From assembly GCA_038146705.1 (NCBI GenBank), contig JAYQSB010000002.1, forward strand, positions 8,688-72,687: a DNA stretch of 64,000 nucleotides, written 5' to 3'. Made by a program: the position numbers and the translations under genes. Source of the DNA: Candidatus Poseidoniales archaeon. Its GTDB lineage: Archaea; Thermoplasmatota; Poseidoniia; Poseidoniales; Poseidoniaceae. Positions 8,797 to 18,931 of this stretch are shown piece after piece; positions within the stretch are counted from its first letter, which is position 1, and each line of letters starts with the position of its first letter. Under the pieces are notes generated by a model. It saw only the letters and a list, made by a program, of their open reading frames with translations. It was not told where the DNA came from and ran no database searches.

Positions 8797-9981
8797 TCAA
8801 TTATCAACGGCTTCAGTTGAATCTTGCCCATCAGAGCAAGAAGATTCGCTCAAGTTTGGAAGAATTGCTTCTATGAAAGCCTCTGGTAAGAGTTTACGGT
8901 CGTTTTCAACGAGGGAAATGAAATTCGCAAGCCCTTGGGCTGTCATCAAAATTGTATCGGCCAACATTGTGAGGTTTCGATGTCGCCCAACATGTGCCTC
9001 AAGTGAGAAGTAGACGAGCATGGCCATGATTTTCTTTGCAGGGTGGTTGGTTAATGGACCATCGATTGAAGGTTCTTTCAGCAAATTCATACGTCGTTGA
9101 ACATCGTTGTTGATGCTGTCTAGGACTTCATCACTATTACCTGCATCAAATAGAGCATCGAGAAGATCATTGAGTGCTTGTGTGAAGTCTTCGTCTCTGT
9201 TTGTCACACGGATTTCAACCACATTTCGCTCAGCAATATAGCGCAATCCGTTGCATCGAAGACCCAAACGAATTTGTGCTTTGAGACATTTGTCCACAAT
9301 AAGTCGAGCTTTGGTCACAAGTTCAAGAGGCAAATCAAGTGCTTGACGTCGATTGGCTAAATCAACTCGTTGAATCAACCCGAGGAGTGAACACCACTCA
9401 AGGATTGCCATAGCGAGAAGGTAATTGTTAAGGCGGCCTGCAGTAGACCCATTCTCGTCACCTTGGCGTTGAAAGAAGTCCTTTGAGATGCGGTTTGTAC
9501 TTTGAGCTACATTCTTGAGATTCTTCTCACGACGCCCAGATTTCTGTTGATGTTGTTTGATTGTTTGGAGGTCTTCTTCACTAAAAGGGATAATGCAGGC
9601 ATCGATAATACGTTCGATTCGAAACATGGTATCCTCACCAACAAGGTCAACAACAGCTTCTTTCACCTGTCGTAACTGAGGATTTCGTTCACGGACTTGC
9701 GTACGCTGTGTTCCAAAAATGTATGCTCTTCGAAGTTGACGATTCACAGCGCGGCCAGTGTGATCAACGCGGCTTTGTGATGGTTGAAAGGTCCCACCTA
9801 AATCAGCATTTGAGCTCACACGTTCGTGGGTTCGCTCATCGCCAAACAGACTTCCTCCGTTGTTAAATTCATCATTTTGAGACAGTGGCATAACAAAACC
9901 ACAGTCGAAACATACGCATTCAGCTTTTTCTTCTTCTTTGCGGAGGTTCGACCCGCCGCACATTTCACAATTATTTTCCAT
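8797..9981 (-). CDS. Divergent transcription initiation factor B (TFB/TFIIB)-like protein
   Basis: Zn ribbon CEMC-x15-CVCFDCG; linker-like 'DHTGRAV..QLRR..RERN'; C-terminal segment resembling TFB cyclin-2/HTH; SD GAGGTGA before ATG 9981. Confidence 0.7.
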   Translation of the reverse strand: MENNCEMCGGSNLRKEEEKAECVCFDCGFVMPLSQNDEFNNGGSLFGDERTHERVSSNADLGGTFQPSQSRVDHTGRAVNRQLRRAYIFGTQRTQVRERNPQLRQVKEAVVDLVGEDTMFRIERIIDACIIPFSEEDLQTIKQHQQKSGRREKNLKNVAQSTNRISKDFFQRQGDENGSTAGRLNNYLLAMAILEWCSLLGLIQRVDLANRRQALDLPLELVTKARLIVDKCLKAQIRLGLRCNGLRYIAERNVVEIRVTNRDEDFTQALNDLLDALFDAGNSDEVLDSINNDVQRRMNLLKEPSIDGPLTNHPAKKIMAMLVYFSLEAHVGRHRNLTMLADTILMTAQGLANFISLVENDRKLLPEAFIEAILPNLSESSCSDGQDSTEAVDN

Positions 9982-9996
9982 TTTTTTCACCTCGTG

Positions 9997-10079
9997 ATGA
10001 ATGGTATTCATGAATGAACTTCACACCAAAAAATACCGTTCGTTGCCCCCGACGACACCAAAACATGAATTTTATTCAT
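9997..10079. repeat. Two copies of palindrome ATGAAT-N3-ATTCAT (9997-10011, 10065-10079)
   Basis: atgaat-ggt-attcat and atgaat-ttt-attcat read directly. Confidence 0.7.
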
Positions 10080-10151
10080 ATTGTTCATTTTCAGCCTAAT
10101 TATTACGGAAAAGGGTTGGTTTCGGCAGGGAATTTATACTATGTGGGCGGC

Positions 10152-10163
10152 AGTTTATAAACT
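10152..10163. promoter_or_regulatory. Perfect 12-bp palindrome AGTTTATAAACT, possible bidirectional TATA box
   Basis: TTTATAAA on both strands, near the middle of a divergent intergenic region. Confidence 0.55.
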
Positions 10164-10199
10164 TTGCGTATAATTTTCCACCTATAAAGCCAATTTAGA

Positions 10200-10272
10200 C
10201 ACCATAGAATGTTGTGAACTTCACATACGAGAGTCGGGACTCCACAGCGATTAATACTCACCATGGAATGTT
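10200..10272. repeat. 14-bp direct repeat CACCAT[A/G]GAATGTT (10200-10213, 10259-10272) and palindrome TGTGAA-C-TTCACA (10213-10225)
   Basis: Read directly; TGAACTTCACA also occurs at 10015-10025. Confidence 0.65.
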
Positions 10273-10310
10273 ATTAAACGCTCGCATCTGGTACTCAAAT
10301 ACGAAGGGAT

Positions 10311-13300
10311 GTGGAGTTTTTTTTGATATCATCGGAACCGGTTGAATTGGGACGAGGCGTCCCTAATTGGTTGTTTGATTCAATCGTTTCTGGGGCAATT
10401 TCCAATGTCTTGTTCATTCATCCGACAACAGAACACAGAAATGCTTTGATGACCCGTCTTCGATACGAAGACGTTACAACTCACCCAAATCACCATGTAA
10501 CATATGACGGACTCATTCGACAATTAGCAAGCGATCTACGACTTCATACTCCATTCGAAGACGATGTCGCATTACTCGAAAAAATCCACAATCTGCTTGA
10601 GAAACGAGCGAGTGAGTTTGCATTTCCCGTCCTGCACAATGGCGCTCACCCCTGGACATTTGCAAAGACTCAACGAATTATCAAAACGCTGAGGACGCTT
10701 TTGCAAGCGGAACTACCTTGGAATTGGGAGGCAAATCCGGGTTTTGAGGATGTATTGTCCGAGCTTCAAAAATTCGAGGAAACGCACCAGAAAATGATAC
10801 CATTCCTCACAGAATTTCATGTGAATGCTTCACTGAAAACTTTGGACAAACGACCTTTTCATCTCCAACTTGTTGATGGCGTCATCGTTCTGAATCACCC
10901 ACCAGATTATTCTCCAATACAAACATCAATTCTACAAAGATTATCTTCGTGGCTTCCTTTTCATCAATTGATTGCACAAGGCCAAATTCGCTTAGGTCAC
11001 CGTGGAAGTTCGATTCTAGACGCACATTTTGATTCAATCAATTCTCTTCCACTTGGACTCGATAAAATCGAGCGCGATAAACTCATGCATGATGGGTGGC
11101 AAACATCAAACGGCATTAGCCATTATCCATCCTTTCTTCGAATTCTTCTCGATGACAAAATGCAGACAATAGAATCAGTGTGCCAATTCATTTCAGAATA
11201 TTTACAGGAACATCAAGGCAAGATCATCATCATCGACCCATGCAAAGAAGATCATCACAATGCTTGGCGACATCATCTCACCATGATGGGCCTACCTGTT
11301 GGGCGTTCCGCAATTCCGATTCAACAAACTCCATTTGTTCAGCAACTCGTCGGTTTAGCAAGAATAGGATATGGTGTGCACGCTTGGTCTCTCAACCATC
11401 TTTTGAGGTTTGTTCACACAGTCGGCTTACCATTGAAAACCGATCTTTTTCCCGAACTCAAGCATCCACAAAATGAAGATTGGCGGCCAGTACTTCATCA
11501 CAATGTCCTGCAGAAATGCTCCACTATCCACCATGTTTTAGGCGGGCCAGGGGCGCTGGGACGATGGCGTGGCACATTGTCACAAATGCAACCCATCGAC
11601 TCGAGGCATGAGGTCATCACGAAGCAAGAAATCGAAGAAACCCTTTGGGCTCTTGCTTCAATTTCAAGATTAATGTCTCCTTTATTGTCATCAGAGGACC
11701 AATATGTTGCCCAAATAGAAGTTGAAGGCCCGATGAGTGAAACAGAATTACCTCTACCATCGAGCCCATCCAATGTGTTCGCATGGTTTGAAGAAATTCT
11801 TGAAAAAATAGATTGGGAAGAAATTGTTAGTGACCTCGACCAAGCAAATCATGAAGCCCAAGCATTGGAAAAATTTATCCTTGAAATTCGAAAGTTACAG
11901 TTGAGTATCCATACATCAACATGGTCGAAACTCACTCCGCATTGGTTTTTCGAAAGAATGACGTACATTTCGACTAAAATAAAAACAGATGCCAGCCAAG
12001 TGAATTCCGATTTGATTAAAATCATGACCCCTGAGCAAGCCTTTGGCCTTGAATGTGATTTGCTCATTCTCACGTTTATGGATTTAGAATCATGGTCGAT
12101 GAAACAACCAGTCATTCCTTGGTTGGATGAGTTCACGAAAAAAGAGCTTGGCTTTCTTTCGAACAGTTCAAAAATTCGACAAGGGCGTCATCACCTTCGT
12201 CATTTGTTGAATTGTTCCCCCTTCGCTTGTATTTTTGATGCTTCTTTAGAGGAGGGGGGTGAACCCGCAACACCTTTGGCCGAATGGTACGCTGAACTTA
12301 ATGAAGAGGAATTTACCAATCTCGCATCGCCTTTTGAATGGATGATGGAAAAAGGTAGCGATTCACTCTCATCGTATTGGGGGACGACGTACGATAAGAA
12401 GGACAATCTCCATTGGATTATTCCAAAACCTTTGCGAATTCATCAAGTCAAAGGTGCATATTTGATTGAAAAGCATGGCTCAAGTCAAAGAAACATACGC
12501 CAAAATGTTGGTCTCGAAGTAAAGTACGGGATGCAGCAAACCCAACCAATACATCGTAACAATTCATTTTTGCCAAGTTTGGAACGGGCACTGCACCAGG
12601 ATCGTATTTCGAGGCAACCCTCAAAAAATACCTTGACGAGGGGAGAAACGTTGTCTTGGGAATCCCGCAAGTACCGCACAACAATATCAGATTTGAAAGA
12701 GGGATTGAATCTTCTTCAAGCACATAAAGTGGAAGGTTTAGGAGGAGAATATCCGCATTTAGGGGTAAAAGGTGGGGGCAAAACCATCACACCGTACATC
12801 GACCCGCGACCACTCCCACCTGCCTTTGAATCACAACCAGAAATCGAACACTTTAGTGGTACAATTGAATCATCCTTAGAGCGAGAGCGTTGGTCACCTT
12901 CTCGACTTCAAACTTGGATAGAGTGCCCCCGTAAAGGTTGGGCAAAACAATTTCTCAACGTTGAGGATGCTCCATCAGAACTTGAGGAAGACATCAATGC
13001 AATCATGCGAGGAGATATGGTGCATGAGGTCCTGGCCCACATCCTTAATGGTCATGGTGTTGTTGCATATGATGGGGAGGTGAAAGAACCAACTCCACTC
13101 CATGAAGGACCAATTTCGAACCCGATTGATGGATGGATGCGAGCCCTAGAATTTCTTGCTACAAATGTGACATGGTTAGAATTAGATTTTGCTATCTCCG
13201 TGCATCGATGTCGAAGCCTCATTGGTTCAACTCCGGAAGCATGGCGCCAATATCTGGAAGGAAAAGTGACTCTGCAACCTCAAGGAAGTTTGGGCGATTT

Positions 13301-14030
13301 AATTCAGAAAACGTACGACTTATCTTCCTGTGCACCGATTGCAGTTGAATGGCCAGTCTCTGATGGAGAGTCAAGCCATGTGAAGATACTGGAAAAGTCG
13401 GATTTGGAACTTTGTGTGAATGGATTTGCTGATCGTGTCGATATATTCATCCCATCAGAAGAATTGGAAGACGCACTTATCGATGAAGGATTCATCGATG
13501 AAAAACAGTTTGATGAACCCTTCCCAATGCAATATATCGACCAACAACGTTCTGCTCAGAGATATGTCATCATTCGAGATTTCAAAACGGTGAATGGTCC
13601 TAAATCTGACAACATTGGGAACCGTCATTTCAAAGGATTAGTTCGTGAAGTACAACTTGCACTCTATGCAAGAGCATGGGAAATTACGCATCCAAACGAC
13701 AGGGTTATTGGCGTAGGCATTAGTGAAGTTGGTGAATGGACTGAACATTATGTCGAAATTGACACAACTGCTTTTCCCCACGGCATTCAAATCAATGGAA
13801 TTGGAAAGCAGACGAATATTTTGAGTCGGCTTTATCCTTCGTCAATTGATGCAGAGAATGTATCTTCTCCATTTCGTGTATGGATGAACGAACGCATTGA
13901 GACGGCCATGAGGGTCATTGAGACGGCATCGAATGGATATGTGAATCCGACACCCGGCCGCCATTGTTCATATTGTCCAATCAACACTGTTTGTACATTG
14001 TTTGACCTAGCGGGGGGTGAACTGAATTGA
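10311..14030 (+). CDS. AddB/RexB-like subunit: inactive helicase-like N-terminus plus PD-(D/E)xK nuclease with Fe-S staple
   Basis: WSPSRLQTWIECP, RGDMVH, GFADRVD, IRDFKT, QLALYA, CSYCPINTVC; overlaps the start of the AddA-like gene. Confidence 0.8.
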   Translation: MEFFLISSEPVELGRGVPNWLFDSIVSGAISNVLFIHPTTEHRNALMTRLRYEDVTTHPNHHVTYDGLIRQLASDLRLHTPFEDDVALLEKIHNLLEKRASEFAFPVLHNGAHPWTFAKTQRIIKTLRTLLQAELPWNWEANPGFEDVLSELQKFEETHQKMIPFLTEFHVNASLKTLDKRPFHLQLVDGVIVLNHPPDYSPIQTSILQRLSSWLPFHQLIAQGQIRLGHRGSSILDAHFDSINSLPLGLDKIERDKLMHDGWQTSNGISHYPSFLRILLDDKMQTIESVCQFISEYLQEHQGKIIIIDPCKEDHHNAWRHHLTMMGLPVGRSAIPIQQTPFVQQLVGLARIGYGVHAWSLNHLLRFVHTVGLPLKTDLFPELKHPQNEDWRPVLHHNVLQKCSTIHHVLGGPGALGRWRGTLSQMQPIDSRHEVITKQEIEETLWALASISRLMSPLLSSEDQYVAQIEVEGPMSETELPLPSSPSNVFAWFEEILEKIDWEEIVSDLDQANHEAQALEKFILEIRKLQLSIHTSTWSKLTPHWFFERMTYISTKIKTDASQVNSDLIKIMTPEQAFGLECDLLILTFMDLESWSMKQPVIPWLDEFTKKELGFLSNSSKIRQGRHHLRHLLNCSPFACIFDASLEEGGEPATPLAEWYAELNEEEFTNLASPFEWMMEKGSDSLSSYWGTTYDKKDNLHWIIPKPLRIHQVKGAYLIEKHGSSQRNIRQNVGLEVKYGMQQTQPIHRNNSFLPSLERALHQDRISRQPSKNTLTRGETLSWESRKYRTTISDLKEGLNLLQAHKVEGLGGEYPHLGVKGGGKTITPYIDPRPLPPAFESQPEIEHFSGTIESSLERERWSPSRLQTWIECPRKGWAKQFLNVEDAPSELEEDINAIMRGDMVHEVLAHILNGHGVVAYDGEVKEPTPLHEGPISNPIDGWMRALEFLATNVTWLELDFAISVHRCRSLIGSTPEAWRQYLEGKVTLQPQGSLGDLIQKTYDLSSCAPIAVEWPVSDGESSHVKILEKSDLELCVNGFADRVDIFIPSEELEDALIDEGFIDEKQFDEPFPMQYIDQQRSAQRYVIIRDFKTVNGPKSDNIGNRHFKGLVREVQLALYARAWEITHPNDRVIGVGISEVGEWTEHYVEIDTTAFPHGIQINGIGKQTNILSRLYPSSIDAENVSSPFRVWMNERIETAMRVIETASNGYVNPTPGRHCSYCPINTVCTLFDLAGGELN

Positions 14031-17000
14031 CCCAATTTAACAACAGCCAACGTCTTGGTTTAGATATCGATAAGCACATTGCACTCGATGCGGGTGCAGG
14101 CACTGGGAAAACAACGGTGATGGCTCAACGATACATTCAACATTTGTTGTCACCAATCCAAAGAGCAACAATAGCGACGCTTCCAGGTCCACGTGAAGCC
14201 TTGCGGTCCGCTGACTCTCTCAAGTCTTCAAAACAATCGAGAACACATCCAAAACACTGGCTAGGTTTGCTTCCGGCAGAGGTTGCTGCAATTACCTTCA
14301 CACGTAAGGCCGCAGCAGAATTAAAGGGACGGATTCGAAATGTTCTTTCAACGCTATCGGATACATCAACAGCGGGTAAAAACGCTGTTTTTGACCCTCG
14401 ACTCCAAAAGAGTGGAGATGTGGAAATGCTCTTATCAGAGCTTGATAATGCACCTATTTCCACAATTGATAGTTTTCTTAGTCAACTTGTTCAACCATAC
14501 CTTGACCTCGTTGCAATCACGCCTCCTATTGAGCAGATTTCCGAGGAATTGTCCCAAATTTTGATTCTCGAAACCTTGAGTAGTATTTGGCGAATGCGTC
14601 ATGTTGATGATGCCTTAGAAGCAGGTTTGCTTGAGAACCCAATTGAATTTCTTGAAGCAAGGGATCGCTTAACCGTGCGATTAGGAGGTCAAGCAAACGC
14701 TGCAATTGTGATTCAAGGATTAATGTCGAAATCGATGTTTGTCGAAGAGGCGTATCGAAATTTGATGCGACGAGCCGAAGAGAAAGGCATTGAATTCCAT
14801 TCACAACAATCTGAATCAGTTCAGTTGCTGTTCGATATCATGCTGGATACGTTTAATGAAAACAAACTCGATGAGTTTACTGAAGTTCTTCATCAAATCT
14901 TAGAGAATTGGGTTGACAATTTCCGAGCCTACCCCTCCCAGTGTATTCCTTCAGGGCCAACATTTTCACAATCTCGAATGCATCATCTCATTCATCTCGT
15001 GGAAAACCCCTCTCATCAAAATCCATTGGATAAATTACGCTGGATTTGGCGAGTGTGCCTATCCATTTCCAGTTTCTCAAGTTTATCGAGTGGAAAACCG
15101 TCATTTTTCCCTCGAGGCAATTTACCTCATGATGAATGGGTCGCTGGATTATTCAAGAAAGGGGAATCAACCTTTTCAGACAAGGAACTAAAGAATCAAA
15201 CCTATAGCAAAGGTGTTGAATATTCCGATGCAATCAAAGAGCATTTGAACCACCAAGAACACTCAATTTTTCTATTACTTGCCCGGTGTATTTTCACAAT
15301 TCAACCAGGTGATGGATATTCATTCATGCCTTCGAACGCAAAATCGTATCTATACGGTTTAGAAAAAGACATCCCAACAGGCCATGAACATCTGAATCAT
15401 TATGTTTCAGAGCAACTACAAATGGATGTTATGCAAGATTTATTTTTCATTCACAAAGGTGCACATCAAATCCATTCGCACAGAAAATCAATAGACGGAT
15501 TCAATGATTTCGACGATATCCTCAGGTTTGCTTCTGATTTGCTGCTCACCCGATGCCCAGATATCTGTCGTCAAATGTACCCTAATGAAGCGGTTGAAGC
15601 ATTGGATTCGATGACATCGGAACCTTGGAAAGATGCACACATCGCAAGGGCACTCACCATTTTGCATGATAATGAACGCTGTCGAAGCGATTTACTTCAC
15701 AGATTTCAGATTTTGCAGAATCTTCGTCGGCAGTTTAGAGCGTTTATCATCGATGAGTATCAAGACACGAACCCTAGTCATGCCCGTCTTCTTTCCAGAC
15801 TATGGGGACGAAGATTGAAACTTTCCGACGAATCAGAAACAGACGATTGGTATTGGGACCCAACAATTTGCATTGTCGGGGACATGAAACAGAGTATCTA
15901 TCGTTTTCGACAAGCAGAAGTCTCTGTGATGAGAGATATGGTTGAACAAATTCGAAGTGCGAATCGTCAAGAATATTCCAATCCTAGTCTCCAAGATTTG
16001 CGAAAAGAAGACCATGGAAGAGATCCAAGACCAGTTGGTGACGGGGCATCTGGAATTGCATTTACCAATAAACACGATGATAAGCAAAAAAGTGCACCAC
16101 ATACATACATACATTTTGCTGCAGGTGATGACGAGGAAGGGAAATTCATCACAGACCTAGACCGAATTCAACGTCGTCGGGAAGGTCATATCGATATGAC
16201 AACAAATTATCGAACAAATTCACATCTCCTTGAATTCATGAACGATGTTTTTGATGATGTGTTTTCATCACGTCACGAAACGATTGTGGGTAATTGGTAC
16301 GCTGAACCTCAGCGATTACGTCCAGGTAAGAATCAATCAGGTGGACATTTAGAATGGTTGGTGCCTATTCAAACACATCTTGAGCAAGCGAGTGTTGACA
16401 TGAAAAAGGCATTTGACCCATTCCTCGATGCACGCTCTTCAGTCAAACAACTTGAGAATGAACTCATTGCCCAAAGAATTGAAGCTCTACTTTCAGGGCA
16501 ACAAACTCGAGTTTGGGATACTGAAAATCTTGAATGGATAGACATTGTTGATGGTTCAATTTATCAACCCAGTGATGTCATGGTTCTCTTCCATGCCCGC
16601 ACACATGTGGCAGATTTAATTCAAAGGTTAGGCCATAGGGGAATTCCAGCAGTATCGGATAAACAAGGGGCTTTGCTGCACCAGCCAGTAATACAACCTT
16701 TGATATCAATGCTTGAACTTGTCTCGAATCCTGAATCGAAAAGAGCATTGTTTGGAGTCTTACGCTCACCTTTGGTTGGATTGACGGACGACGAAATCCA
16801 TGAAATTTTTAATTCAAAACTCGAGAATGATTTATTTTCATGTTTTGATTCTGAAATCTTTTCCGGTCCAATCAGGAAGATGTTTGTCGATGTGAATTCC
16901 TTACGAATTAAAGGGCGAATCGAGGATGCATTTGCCTACCTTATCGATTATTCAGACCTACTCGTAGTGCATTCAACAGAATCAGAACGAAATCATGTTG

Positions 17001-18931
17001 AATCATGGTGTGAATTATTAAAAACGACTCTCGCCGAAAATGGTTACAATATTCTTGCAGCCCAAAGACACATGAATGCATTGAAAGATCTTGGTAAAAA
17101 AGGACCACCTGCGGAATCATCTTCGTCATCAAATGCAGTCCAAATTATGACATTACACAAATCAAAAGGTTTGCAAGCAAAAGTCATTATTGTGGCAGGA
17201 ATGTTTGACGCAGGTCAACGAGATGCCTCACAATCAGTACAAGATAACGTGCTGGTAACACCTCAAGTTGTTGCAGGTCGAATTCAACCATGGACTGACC
17301 ATGACCGCCCTCACGATGGATTGTGGGAATTTACGAAAGCGATTGATGATGCTCAAGGTCGTGCTGAACGGCGTCGACAACTCTATGTTGCACTTACAAG
17401 GGCCGAAGAGCGTCTAATTTTTGTCGGCTCACCCAGCAGCATGGGGTCATACGATGAGGACTCAAAGTGCTTTAAAATCAAGCGAAGTCAAAGCACTCGC
17501 TCTTTTGGAAATATGCTGATTGATGCCTTACGTCATGTAGCAAAACGTGGTGCTGACGCCGAATCTCCATGGTTACTCGAGGGTGATCTGAATGCAAATA
17601 TTTTACCTCCAATGGATGATAGCCCCATTTATCTTAATCCAAAAGAATTGCTCATTGGTTCTACATTCCACACATCTGCAGTCCAATCTCTCCGCGTCTA
17701 TCACCATCCCGATTGTTTCCAAACGAAGCAACCTGACTCAGTGATGCAACAATCAATTGATTTGTTTGATAAAATAGTTCAGTCGATGGACCAAAAAGAG
17801 AGCAAGAAGAAAATTCCTCAATTCAAGATTGACTTGAAAGGAGCTGCCTACGACATCGATACATCGTTTCGCTGCCCACGAAGATATTGGCTAAGCCAAG
17901 TGCTCGGTTGGCACACTGAACCTCTCTTTCTTCGTCAAAATGACATGCAAGAAGCCTCATCCAACTTTCCAAATCCTCGCGAATTTGGATTGATAATGCA
18001 CAGATTGTTGGAGGTGGGGCTACCAAATCCAATCAACATCAGTGAGAATACAGCAAATCTTTCGGTCGAATGGCATATTGAAAATGAGAATAAGCTGCTC
18101 GATGTCGATACCATCGAATCAGTACTTTCCGAGTATGGAATCACGAAAGAAAACAAGAAATTTGATTCGACAAAGAATCGCATTCTCGCCATTTCCGAAT
18201 TATTTGAACGTCAAAAATTAGGTTTGCTTTTGAAAGGCAAAGAAATGAATGGTTTGTTTGCTGAGGGTTTGAGAACAGAACTCCCTATTCGGCATATTCA
18301 TCATTTTGGAGATTTACGTCTCGAGTTGACTCGATCAACTCCATTCGGTGACCAGATCGATGCTGTTGTCGATGAAGCATCGATGATTTTTGAAGGAAGA
18401 ATAGACCTTGTCATTGCATTAAGAGATAAGAAAAACAATGGCTACCTTCAGGTTGTTGATTTGAAAACAAAAGGTTGTCTTGATGATTTTTCCATCGACA
18501 TGATTAACCCACATCCTCTTCAAGTCATCGATGAAGACTCAATGCACCCAATGCCAACAACATTAGCAGAAGAAGAGCTGCTTCAATCCTACCGATTGCA
18601 ACTAACGCTTTATTCAATGGCGTTAGAGTCCATCGAATCAAGAAAACCAAATCATATGCGAAGAAGAATACTTCCACCTGCCATTTTAGTTGGGGCCTCA
18701 GGCAGAATGATCGAACTCACCTCTGAACAATATGAACAAGCGAAAAATGATTTGAGCCAGCATCTTGAATGGCGAACGAAGGTCAACGCAGCACCAGGAG
18801 TTGTTCAGACACCCGACCGCCTTGATTCAGGAGAAGAATGTATGTCTTGTCCGTTTTTCCGAGGACATGTTCGCCGATGTGGGCCAACATCCGAACCATT
18901 AGGACTTATCTTGCCTGAGCAACGAGAATGA
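14027..18931 (+). CDS. AddA/RecB-like SF1A (UvrD) helicase-nuclease
   Basis: AGAGTGKT, ITFTRKAAAEL, STIDSF, IIDEYQDTN, VGDMKQSIYRFR, MTLHKSKGL, LYVALTRAEE; nuclease GRIDL..VDLKT..QLTLY. Confidence 0.9.
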   Translation: MTQFNNSQRLGLDIDKHIALDAGAGTGKTTVMAQRYIQHLLSPIQRATIATLPGPREALRSADSLKSSKQSRTHPKHWLGLLPAEVAAITFTRKAAAELKGRIRNVLSTLSDTSTAGKNAVFDPRLQKSGDVEMLLSELDNAPISTIDSFLSQLVQPYLDLVAITPPIEQISEELSQILILETLSSIWRMRHVDDALEAGLLENPIEFLEARDRLTVRLGGQANAAIVIQGLMSKSMFVEEAYRNLMRRAEEKGIEFHSQQSESVQLLFDIMLDTFNENKLDEFTEVLHQILENWVDNFRAYPSQCIPSGPTFSQSRMHHLIHLVENPSHQNPLDKLRWIWRVCLSISSFSSLSSGKPSFFPRGNLPHDEWVAGLFKKGESTFSDKELKNQTYSKGVEYSDAIKEHLNHQEHSIFLLLARCIFTIQPGDGYSFMPSNAKSYLYGLEKDIPTGHEHLNHYVSEQLQMDVMQDLFFIHKGAHQIHSHRKSIDGFNDFDDILRFASDLLLTRCPDICRQMYPNEAVEALDSMTSEPWKDAHIARALTILHDNERCRSDLLHRFQILQNLRRQFRAFIIDEYQDTNPSHARLLSRLWGRRLKLSDESETDDWYWDPTICIVGDMKQSIYRFRQAEVSVMRDMVEQIRSANRQEYSNPSLQDLRKEDHGRDPRPVGDGASGIAFTNKHDDKQKSAPHTYIHFAAGDDEEGKFITDLDRIQRRREGHIDMTTNYRTNSHLLEFMNDVFDDVFSSRHETIVGNWYAEPQRLRPGKNQSGGHLEWLVPIQTHLEQASVDMKKAFDPFLDARSSVKQLENELIAQRIEALLSGQQTRVWDTENLEWIDIVDGSIYQPSDVMVLFHARTHVADLIQRLGHRGIPAVSDKQGALLHQPVIQPLISMLELVSNPESKRALFGVLRSPLVGLTDDEIHEIFNSKLENDLFSCFDSEIFSGPIRKMFVDVNSLRIKGRIEDAFAYLIDYSDLLVVHSTESERNHVESWCELLKTTLAENGYNILAAQRHMNALKDLGKKGPPAESSSSSNAVQIMTLHKSKGLQAKVIIVAGMFDAGQRDASQSVQDNVLVTPQVVAGRIQPWTDHDRPHDGLWEFTKAIDDAQGRAERRRQLYVALTRAEERLIFVGSPSSMGSYDEDSKCFKIKRSQSTRSFGNMLIDALRHVAKRGADAESPWLLEGDLNANILPPMDDSPIYLNPKELLIGSTFHTSAVQSLRVYHHPDCFQTKQPDSVMQQSIDLFDKIVQSMDQKESKKKIPQFKIDLKGAAYDIDTSFRCPRRYWLSQVLGWHTEPLFLRQNDMQEASSNFPNPREFGLIMHRLLEVGLPNPINISENTANLSVEWHIENENKLLDVDTIESVLSEYGITKENKKFDSTKNRILAISELFERQKLGLLLKGKEMNGLFAEGLRTELPIRHIHHFGDLRLELTRSTPFGDQIDAVVDEASMIFEGRIDLVIALRDKKNNGYLQVVDLKTKGCLDDFSIDMINPHPLQVIDEDSMHPMPTTLAEEELLQSYRLQLTLYSMALESIESRKPNHMRRRILPPAILVGASGRMIELTSEQYEQAKNDLSQHLEWRTKVNAAPGVVQTPDRLDSGEECMSCPFFRGHVRRCGPTSEPLGLILPEQRE

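Noticed and set aside
12890..14030. Cas4-like nuclease suggesting CRISPR-Cas or a casposon
   Set aside because: It is the C-terminal domain of the AddB-like protein; I saw no cas1/cas2 or repeat-spacer array in the window
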